A program made the translations under genes and the position numbers. Under the pieces are notes generated by a model. That model had not been told where the DNA came from and did not search any database. It saw only the letters and a program-made list of their open reading frames with translations. A stretch of DNA of 42,758 nucleotides from a virus. The DNA is taken from the IMG/VR virus record IMGVR_UViG_3300009179_000175, positions 1 to 42,758 of that record, one strand, 5' to 3'. Positions 35,742 through 42,346 of the stretch are shown one piece after another; the stretch's first letter is position 1, and each line of letters opens with the position of its first letter.

Positions 35742-36821
35742 TTATTTTTCTTGCAATAGGAAGGCGTTGCTGATAGCCTTGAACGACACCACTTGTCCTT
35801 CGATGACATCTAGGGTTTTGAACACGATGCCTTCACGATTGGCTTTCGGATTGATCTTGCTCTTACCGTCAGCCATAGTCAGGCATTCTTGAATAGAACC
35901 GGGCATCTTGGTAGATCCCAAATGAGGGACTTGGTCTACCTTGACTCCAAGGGAAATCAATGCTTGCAGAACTTCCCAGCGCTCTTCTCGCGTAGCATAA
36001 CGACGCTCGTCAATAAGGAAAACATCGAACACGAAAAGAGTAGGACGTTCCAGCTTGTATTTATTGCCCTGAATGCCCGGTCCGCAGACCTCGCCTTGAA
36101 CGGCAATCGACTTACCGAGTTTGAACATGTGGTCCAAGTAACCAGCTTCGGTCACGGTTTTGATGAAGGTGTTATCTTTGTTCTCCTCGTTAATCTTTAG
36201 CTCGAAGTTTCGAGAACAGATACCTACTTCGTAGAGACCTTCAGCCACATCGCGTTGAAAGCGGACAAAGACGGTGCAGGAAGAACCATCCAGTTTCTCT
36301 TCGATGATCCATCGAATACCACCGTGCTGATGATTATCAAGAAACGCCATTTCGGAGTAGCAATTTTGAACGCGCTCTTGATCGGTCTTACGAATGAAAG
36401 AAGGGAAATTGCCTTCGACTTGTCCCGCCAACTGCGCGGAGATCGGCGGCTCCCATTTGATGACACCCAAGATTTCTGTCAAGTCGGTGCCATCGGTCCA
36501 GTCGTTAACCAGAGAAGGGTTAACGATTTCGGAAGGAAGAATCAGGCCCTGGGAAATCTCTCCACGAAGTTTGACAGTGCGTAGGCGCTCGCCTTTAACA
36601 CCCTCGTATTCGCGAGGCTCCTGCCCTTTAGAGAGGAAGGGGGCGATTTCAGTCGGCACCCAGGAATCGATCTCCAGATAGATCACCTTATCACCGGGTT
36701 GGAACTCGCCTCTGCGGACGACGACCTGCCAACCGCGAACCATAGCGAGTTCGATAGCATCCGCATTCGGATGAGTTTTGATTTCTGAAATGGTTTCTAT
36801 GGTAGCCAGTTTACGCATCAC
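35742..36821 (-). CDS. RNA ligase, DRB0094-like (N-terminal OB fold)
   Basis: HPNADAIE..V.GWQVVV, KLRGEISQG, KTDQER, EKLDGSS, QGE..GPGIQGN, REGIV, FKAISN. Confidence 0.9.
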   Translation of the reverse strand: MMRKLATIETISEIKTHPNADAIELAMVRGWQVVVRRGEFQPGDKVIYLEIDSWVPTEIAPFLSKGQEPREYEGVKGERLRTVKLRGEISQGLILPSEIVNPSLVNDWTDGTDLTEILGVIKWEPPISAQLAGQVEGNFPSFIRKTDQERVQNCYSEMAFLDNHQHGGIRWIIEEKLDGSSCTVFVRFQRDVAEGLYEVGICSRNFELKINEENKDNTFIKTVTEAGYLDHMFKLGKSIAVQGEVCGPGIQGNKYKLERPTLFVFDVFLIDERRYATREERWEVLQALISLGVKVDQVPHLGSTKMPGSIQECLTMADGKSKINPKANREGIVFKTLDVIEGQVVSFKAISNAFLLQEK

Positions 36822-36829
36822 TTATCTCC

Positions 36830-37012
36830 TCAATCATGAAATTCGGCAAAGGTTAAACGGAACTTGGACTCGACATCCTCCTGTCGAGTTCTTTCCGCTT
36901 GCATCGTGGCAGCATCCCAAGCCTTCTGGGCGACTTCTCTGAAGGCTAAATTCATGATGCCCGGGAGTCCGTTGGTCTTCCAGTATTCAACCCACCACTC
37001 TTCGAATGTCAT
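36830..37012 (-). CDS. Hypothetical protein
   Basis: MTFEEWW...AQKAWDAA. Confidence 0.6.
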   Translation of the reverse strand: MTFEEWWVEYWKTNGLPGIMNLAFREVAQKAWDAATMQAERTRQEDVESKFRLTFAEFHD

Positions 37013-37013
37013 T

Positions 37014-37184
37014 TCATTTCTCATCAGCAGTATTGAGAGGCTTGATTTTGCGAGTTCTTGCGGCGTCATCCGCCTCATCTTTGGTTGCAAAAGTCTGGGA
37101 GAACTCGATGACGAAGTCTCCGTATCCCTTATTCTTGAAGGCGACATGCCATACTTCGTTTACTTTGATTAATCTATATTCCAT
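37014..37184 (-). CDS. Hypothetical protein (56 aa, not in the ORF track)
   Basis: MEYRLIKVNEVWHVAFK... after GAGGGGG; fills the gap. Confidence 0.6.
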   Translation of the reverse strand: MEYRLIKVNEVWHVAFKNKGYGDFVIEFSQTFATKDEADDAARTRKIKPLNTADEK

Positions 37185-37195
37185 CTATCGCCCCC

Positions 37196-37477
37196 TCATG
37201 CGGCATCTTCAGTGAACAAAATTAGTCTATCTCCATCAATCAGATACTGTTCGACCAGGTAGGACTCGAATACCGAGGCATCATAGATGAACACCGGGGC
37301 TTCTAAATTATCCATCCAGCAAACCACATCTTCGATGGTGGTGTTTTCGACCCGAAGCTCCGAAATGACATCGTCTTTGAGCTTCAGAAGCGTGAGACCG
37401 AACTCGGCGAGGGATAGGACATCGGGCCCTATCATCGTCAGAATGGTGTCTTCACAGAGCGCTGAATTCGAGTTCAT
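37196..37477 (-). CDS. Acidic hypothetical protein, possible paralog of 37452..37784 (start uncertain)
   Basis: Motif similarity to the upstream gene. Confidence 0.5.
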   Translation of the reverse strand: MNSNSALCEDTILTMIGPDVLSLAEFGLTLLKLKDDVISELRVENTTIEDVVCWMDNLEAPVFIYDASVFESYLVEQYLIDGDRLILFTEDAA

Positions 37478-37784
37478 AAGTGCCATTGTCCAAGTAAATT
37501 GCCACCTCGGTAGGAACCAGAGCCAAGGTATCGCAGTCGTCTGGAACATTGTAGAGGAACACCATCATGCAATCGTCATCCGCCAGAGGATAACGAACCA
37601 TGAACTCCACCAAATCTTTTGCAGTCCACGGCTCTTTATGCAACTCATAGGGATGACCATCAGGGGCTTCGATAACGACCCTCCAATCCGAGTTGAGAAC
37701 GAACTCGGTGCCCCCTCGAACGATAGTGACCGTGGTCTCGGTATCGACCATCGAAGCCAGATGCTGGATTTCGTGCAATTTCAT
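37452..37784 (-). CDS. Acidic hypothetical protein
   Basis: 110 aa ORF in the early operon. Confidence 0.65.
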   Translation of the reverse strand: MKLHEIQHLASMVDTETTVTIVRGGTEFVLNSDWRVVIEAPDGHPYELHKEPWTAKDLVEFMVRYPLADDDCMMVFLYNVPDDCDTLALVPTEVAIYLDNGTYELEFSAL

Positions 37785-37789
37785 TTCAG

Positions 37790-37921
37790 TTACCCGCCGA
37801 AAACTTGTTTGAGGGCTTGCTCGAAGGTATCGAAGAATCCGATGTAGATGTGACCTTTAAGGACCACAACACCACCGGACCGAAACTGGAAGGAATAGCC
37901 GCGCTCTTTATGGAAGGTCAT
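37790..37921 (-). CDS. Small hypothetical protein
   Basis: MTFHKERGY...YIGFFDTFEQAL after AGGAG. Confidence 0.6.
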   Translation of the reverse strand: MTFHKERGYSFQFRSGGVVVLKGHIYIGFFDTFEQALKQVFGG

Positions 37922-37931
37922 TTCGTTGCTC

Positions 37932-38144
37932 CTACTTGATGTCTTCGAATCGAACCCAGTCACCGTCGTTATCTTCTTCCTCTTCGAGGAAAGCAGACAT
38001 AGTTCCTGCATCCCAGAGGACCATATTATAACGTTGCAAGCCCGCCGGAGCATCTGCAGCTTTAACAAAGTCACCATTGTCGTTCTGCTCGATAGTCGTA
38101 AAGCCATCGAAGTCGACAAAGATATCAAAACGGTCAAGTGGCAT
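37932..38144 (-). CDS. Early acidic protein with an internal duplication
   Basis: Two R(F/Y)...(N)DGD(F/W)V...D units; CAGGAG RBS. Confidence 0.65.
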   Translation of the reverse strand: MPLDRFDIFVDFDGFTTIEQNDNGDFVKAADAPAGLQRYNMVLWDAGTMSAFLEEEEDNDGDWVRFEDIK

Positions 38145-38170
38145 AACACGGGCTCCTGTTCGTTTACTTT

Positions 38171-38286
38171 ATGAACCTAAGAAATTCTTCTTCTATCCAG
38201 AAACCCGTTAGCCTTTTGGGCCTTGTGAGTCTCACCGCTTTCTGTTAGGATAAGCGACTTTTAGAAGAAGAATTTCTTGGGCTCAC
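38171..38286 (-). ncRNA. Structured RNA insert in an early leader (25-bp stem)
   Basis: GUGAGCCCAAGAAAUUCUUCUUCUA pairs with UAGAAGAAGAAUUUCUUAGGUUCAU (two G-U pairs, one mismatch); no ORF seen. Confidence 0.55.
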
Positions 38287-38329
38287 CTCGTTTGTTACAT
38301 GTTGTTCGCTTTCCCTACCACTTCCCCTA

Positions 38330-38402
38330 CTCCATGTGCATAGTATAGCAGACCAGGAGCCGGATGTCAAGCCGTTCAGGAAAATTTTGCGAAAATATTT
38401 TC
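38330..38402 (-). repeat. Early promoter cassette copy 6 (TTGACA-17-TATACT)
   Basis: -35 at 38365-38370, -10 at 38342-38347. Confidence 0.85.
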
Positions 38403-38411
38403 ACCCAGATG

Positions 38412-38655
38412 TTACGATTTATCGAACAGCAGGCGGTGCGACTCGGGTGCGACACTTTTGCATAACTTGATGAGCATCTTCGTTGCAGCAGCATCTTGTC
38501 CGTCATTCCTGAATGAAAATACCGCGATAGCCCATCCGCTCGACTTCGGGATAAACCCACTCAAAACAAGCCCCGGTCTGATAGCATATCTCGTGACAGC
38601 CATCAGCCAGGGTGTTGTAGCAATTACCTTCGGCGAGCGAGATATGGAGTTCCAT
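38412..38655 (-). CDS. Hypothetical protein; probable +1 shift at CGG 38538-38536
   Basis: MELHISLAEG...FEWVYPEVE-CGG; the +1 frame GWAIAVFSF...LLFDKS ends next to cassette 6. Confidence 0.5.
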
Positions 38656-38657
38656 AC

Positions 38658-39233
38658 TTATTCTTCCGACGGACTCGTAATCTCGTTCAGATGTTCGTCA
38701 CTCATCGTTTCGAGCAATTCATCTTTCCCCCAAGGGGAATGATCGAGACGACTATCGACCCCGATATCTTTCCTATTCTTCAAGTATCGCATCTTCAACT
38801 GACCGAAGGGAGTATGACAATGCCCGTGCAAATGGAAACTGCCATACCTCATCTTGTTGAATGATTCGAGCGGATAATGGCAAAGAACGACGAGAGTCGT
38901 ATGCCCTCGAAAGTTCACTTCTACCTCGTGATACCCGAACTTGATTGCAGCAAATCTTCCCCTGAACTCCTCACTTTTTAAATGACGGACATCATGATTG
39001 CCGGTAATGAGAATCTTCTTTCCATGAAGTGCATCGAGAATCGGATAGCTCTTGTCGATAGTGCCGAAGGCAAAATCGCCCAGATGAAAGACGGTGTCGT
39101 TGGGGGATACCTTCGCATTCCACACCTTAATCAGGTGAGCATCATGCTCCTCGACCGTAGGAAACTGACGGTTAGGACAATACTTTAAAATATTAGCATG
39201 AAGAAAATGCGTGTCCGAGGTGAAGTAAATCAT
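38658..39233 (-). CDS. Calcineurin-like metallophosphoesterase
   Basis: SDTHF, HLGDF, GNHD, LCHYP, HGHCH. Confidence 0.9.
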   Translation of the reverse strand: MIYFTSDTHFLHANILKYCPNRQFPTVEEHDAHLIKVWNAKVSPNDTVFHLGDFAFGTIDKSYPILDALHGKKILITGNHDVRHLKSEEFRGRFAAIKFGYHEVEVNFRGHTTLVVLCHYPLESFNKMRYGSFHLHGHCHTPFGQLKMRYLKNRKDIGVDSRLDHSPWGKDELLETMSDEHLNEITSPSEE

Positions 39234-39478
39234 TTCACATGCCTCGTGAGATGCAACTGGTGACCGTCTCCGACGATGTCATCGTTGACGGGGATAAGAT
39301 AATGCTGACCGTTCCACTCGTTCGGAACACTTCCGCATATCGGAGTTCCTGCCTTCTCCGAATAGACGGTATAGCTCGCATTCGGATCATGTATGATTCG
39401 GATATCCATGGCGAACATGATCCACCAACCTACTTCGAGAGGGCTATAAAAGCCCTCCCAGAATTCTAATTGCTTCAC
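39230..39478 (-). CDS. Hypothetical protein
   Basis: 82 aa with overlapping start/stop. Confidence 0.6.
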   Translation of the reverse strand: MKQLEFWEGFYSPLEVGWWIMFAMDIRIIHDPNASYTVYSEKAGTPICGSVPNEWNGQHYLIPVNDDIVGDGHQLHLTRHVK

Positions 39479-39789
39479 TTCGACGGAATGCCCAAGAGCT
39501 CGGGGTGAGAAGACATGAAATGCTCGAAAGCATCGAATGCCTCGTTGCGCTCGGGTCGAGCCGTGGCCCTGAAGAGCCTCTTCAACTTTTTCACGATAGC
39601 ACCGACAGACAGAGGATGGAGCTTGCGCTGGAAGAAAACCCCGTCTTTAGTGACATTGATGGTTCGTGGATCCGCGAAAAGATGCTCGATGCCTTTCCAA
39701 GCATGGACACCTTGAGTAGTCGTTTCCTTCCAAGAAATAGCCTTCAAATTGGCGATAATACGCATCTTCTTGCACTGTTTACCGTTCAC
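39475..39789 (-). CDS. Hypothetical basic protein
   Basis: GTG start after GAGG. Confidence 0.6.
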   Translation of the reverse strand: MNGKQCKKMRIIANLKAISWKETTTQGVHAWKGIEHLFADPRTINVTKDGVFFQRKLHPLSVGAIVKKLKRLFRATARPERNEAFDAFEHFMSSHPELLGIPSK

Positions 39790-39959
39790 GTCGTTTACCT
39801 CTGATGTAGGATTAAAAGTCTGGGTATCACTATGTTGATAATTTAGCAGATTGTAAGACAGAATTCACCAAATACATGGAACTTGTTGTTTTCATGGAAA
39901 TTTAGGAAAAGGAGTGTGACATTTTTTAACTTTGCTAAGTTTATGTTTTCGTTAGCATT

Positions 39960-40190
39960 TTAGGACTTCGATAACTTCACGGCAAGCCAGCGCGGCGGAT
40001 CATCCGGGCATTGTGAAGGTTTATACTTCGCCTTCGCTTTAATGAAGCAGCCGCAGAGCTTGCAGTTTCCACCAGCAAGAGGAATCAATGTAACCAAATG
40101 TTCGCATTGACGGCACTGAGCGATTCGCTCGACATAGGTTTGTTGATCGACATACTCGGCGCTACCGAGTGAGTTCATCTTTGATAACAT
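39960..40190 (-). CDS. Small Cys-rich, probably Zn-binding protein
   Basis: CxxC...CxxCGC...CP...W. Confidence 0.65.
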   Translation of the reverse strand: MLSKMNSLGSAEYVDQQTYVERIAQCRQCEHLVTLIPLAGGNCKLCGCFIKAKAKYKPSQCPDDPPRWLAVKLSKS

Positions 40191-40219
40191 CTGCGATATT
40201 GTATGCCATTCTTATTCTC

Positions 40220-40414
40220 TCATTCGTATCTGATTTCGCATTTGGTTCCCCCAGCGCTTTCCTTGATGGCTGTATTGATATCTTCGTTCATCAATCCTTT
40301 CCATCCGAAAAAAGGCATCCAAGGAGAGCATTTAGAGGAGATAATCGTACAACCATTGAGGAGAAGAACTAAAACCAGAATGGTTATCTTACTTCTTAAA
40401 GGCGCCGGTTGCAT
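40220..40414 (-). CDS. Small lipoprotein
   Basis: KITILVLVLLLNGC lipobox; start uncertain. Confidence 0.5.
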   Translation of the reverse strand: MQPAPLRSKITILVLVLLLNGCTIISSKCSPWMPFFGWKGLMNEDINTAIKESAGGTKCEIRYE

Positions 40415-40634
40415 TGAAAAGGGTAACCGATGCAGCGATGATCTTTTCGACCATACCCCAGATTTCAACCACTTGAGGATAGGCTGTAGAGAGAACATTC
40501 TTCACGAATTCGAGTTTTTCCTTGCCCATTCCGGATGCCGGAATCTGAATCTCAACGGCTTTGATGATTTCGAGAATGGTAGGAATTAGTTGCAATACGG
40601 TGGAAATGGTGGTAATTGTAGCAAGTGCTGACAT
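40389..40634 (-). CDS. Holin-like small membrane protein
   Basis: Hydrophobic N-terminus and a GKEKLEFV motif. Confidence 0.45.
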   Translation of the reverse strand: MSALATITTISTVLQLIPTILEIIKAVEIQIPASGMGKEKLEFVKNVLSTAYPQVVEIWGMVEKIIAASVTLFNATGAFKK

Positions 40635-40760
40635 AGTTGTTACTCCTGTTTGAATTATTAGAAACAGCCATAGGGCTCCATTGTATGTTTTAGTCGCCTC
40701 CCTTCTTGTCTTCTTTTGTCTTGTCTTTTCTTCTCTTTACTTGACTACTCCCTTGACGGT

Positions 40761-40789
40761 AGTATAGCACATCGGGAGGCGTTTGTCAA
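40761..40789 (-). promoter_or_regulatory. Early-type promoter, divergent cassette copy 7 (TTGACA-17-TATACT)
   Basis: -35 at 40784-40789, -10 at 40761-40766. Confidence 0.8.
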
Positions 40790-40989
40790 GCATTTCGGTA
40801 CTCGCCATTCCTAAGACGAACCAAAGTCGAAAGGAGCACGTTGATTTCGAAAGCTCCAGGACATCTGAAAACCTTCTTGGTTTGCCCCTTGCACTTGCAA
40901 TCGGCGGGTACGACTTCCATCAAGAGCTGATCATGATTTTTCTTAATGAGCTCTTCGATTTGATGCAGAATCTTGATTTCTTCTTCCAT
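40786..40989 (-). CDS. Hypothetical protein
   Basis: 67 aa, GAGG RBS. Confidence 0.55.
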   Translation of the reverse strand: MEEEIKILHQIEELIKKNHDQLLMEVVPADCKCKGQTKKVFRCPGAFEINVLLSTLVRLRNGEYRNA

Positions 40990-41006
40990 CTATCATCCTC
41001 TTTTGG

Positions 41007-41038
41007 ATTGGGGGCGGTTAGCACAGCCGCCCCCCAAT
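41007..41038 (-). terminator. GC-rich hairpin after the DUF932-like gene
   Basis: ATTGGGGGCGG / CCGCCCCCCAAT imperfect stem, no U tract on the minus strand. Confidence 0.45.
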
Positions 41039-41041
41039 GAT

Positions 41042-42010
41042 TTAGCACAATTCCAGAAGCTTGTCCATCGTGTCCAGCTTGATGCTGTCGTCGAAGTAAG
41101 CCGTCCAGAACATACGATCCGCACTGCGGACTCGCCCGGTTCCGTGAGTAAAGAGATTGGTGACGGCATTCAACGCACCGAGAGCCGTTCCGTAATCGTA
41201 CTCGGCGCCGGCACCGGACTTATAGAGCGACATGAGATTCAGCACTCGCTTCCTATCACCCGAAGCCTGAGAGTCATCGTCCTTCTTGGGATCGTAGAAG
41301 GTCTTCTTGAAGAAGAGTTTCACCTCGTCGTCCGTCATCTGGTGATTGGCTAAGGCGTCGAGCTTACCCTTAAAGGTCTCCCAGTTACTATTTAGTATGC
41401 CGAGATCGATTTTAACCTCGGTCGGATCCCAGACTTGGCGGTGAGTCTTCCTGACGATAGGAGTCGACTTCTCGCCTAATGCAATGGTCAGGGTATTCTG
41501 ACAGACCACGCGAGTGGAAACGAACTTGGCCGTATTGGAAAGTGACCCATCGATAGAGGTCACGAAAAGCAGATGCCCGATTACGGAGTCGCCCTGGACA
41601 GGCTGGAACTCCTTACCGGTTTCGGCGAGTGCCCAGAAGCGCGTACCTTTGAACAGGCAGCCGGCAGAGGATAGTTTCATCCCATGACGCTCGGTGAGAT
41701 CGCGGAAGAACTCAATCACCTCGCCCGGTTGAACGACGTGGTAGTCTTCTCCGACAATGGAGAGCGGGACGTTGTTATCCGAGCGGTAGAGCACCTTTCG
41801 ATCGGAGAACTCGCTGATGCTCGCTTCTCGCGGTTTAAACAGGACAGTGGCATCCAAAGCCGTCCAATCCATTCCCGCTTCGACCTTCCAGGTTTCGAGA
41901 TCGGCGCCTTCGGTCAACTCTTGACCTAAACCGTGCCAAACGGCTTCGCGCGGACCGGTGAAAGCGAAGGAGACCTTACCGTCTTTATTCGTATACAGTT
42001 GATGAGCCAT
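41042..42010 (-). CDS. DUF932 (TIGR03299-like) family protein
   Basis: WHGLGQ, AGMDW, YHVVQP.E, SIDGS, TRVVCQNTL, GT..GALNAVT. Confidence 0.85.
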   Translation of the reverse strand: MAHQLYTNKDGKVSFAFTGPREAVWHGLGQELTEGADLETWKVEAGMDWTALDATVLFKPREASISEFSDRKVLYRSDNNVPLSIVGEDYHVVQPGEVIEFFRDLTERHGMKLSSAGCLFKGTRFWALAETGKEFQPVQGDSVIGHLLFVTSIDGSLSNTAKFVSTRVVCQNTLTIALGEKSTPIVRKTHRQVWDPTEVKIDLGILNSNWETFKGKLDALANHQMTDDEVKLFFKKTFYDPKKDDDSQASGDRKRVLNLMSLYKSGAGAEYDYGTALGALNAVTNLFTHGTGRVRSADRMFWTAYFDDSIKLDTMDKLLELC

Positions 42011-42048
42011 GATATTACCTCACTTAGTTGAGATTACACAATTTGACG

Positions 42049-42195
42049 CTATCGCATTTCGCCTGCGAGAGCGGCTATAAAAAACAGGATTAACCAAACT
42101 TCGCCCGGTATCCAGCTTATGAGATACAGTATGATTACTGCACCCGCTGCACTAAGATACGGATTATTTTTTATAAAGATCAGGCCAGAGTTCAT
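42049..42195 (-). CDS. Small membrane protein (48 aa, not in the ORF track)
   Basis: MNSGLIFIKNNPYLSAAGAVIILYLISWIPGEVWLILFFIAALAGEMR. Confidence 0.5.
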   Translation of the reverse strand: MNSGLIFIKNNPYLSAAGAVIILYLISWIPGEVWLILFFIAALAGEMR

Positions 42196-42346
42196 AATCG
42201 GAGGGCGCCGTTTTCATTAGATACCACATGATTAAGACAAACAAAGCATAACTGCCCGCCATCGTTTTAGGGAACTCCAAGAATAGCGTAACCAACGCGG
42301 CAACATAGATTGCAGTTACCAAGATTGAGATTATAAAAGTTTTCAT
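42164..42346 (-). CDS. Small membrane protein
   Basis: MKTFIISILV... with two hydrophobic segments, GAGGAG RBS. Confidence 0.6.
   Translation of the reverse strand: MKTFIISILVTAIYVAALVTLFLEFPKTMAGSYALFVLIMWYLMKTAPSDYELWPDLYKK

Noticed and set aside
339-38538. Ordinary homopolymer indels, or constitutive four-base decoding, as the explanation for the frame breaks
   Set aside because: Several sites (e.g. ATG-C-GGA, GAG-C-GGA) are not in long runs and all share motif, phase and coding-strand orientation. Constitutive CGGN decoding fails because early genes need CGG as Arg. A modification-driven basecalling artifact is not excluded.
39790-39959. AT-rich gap as a replication origin
   Set aside because: No iterons or clear structure were seen, so the evidence is insufficient.
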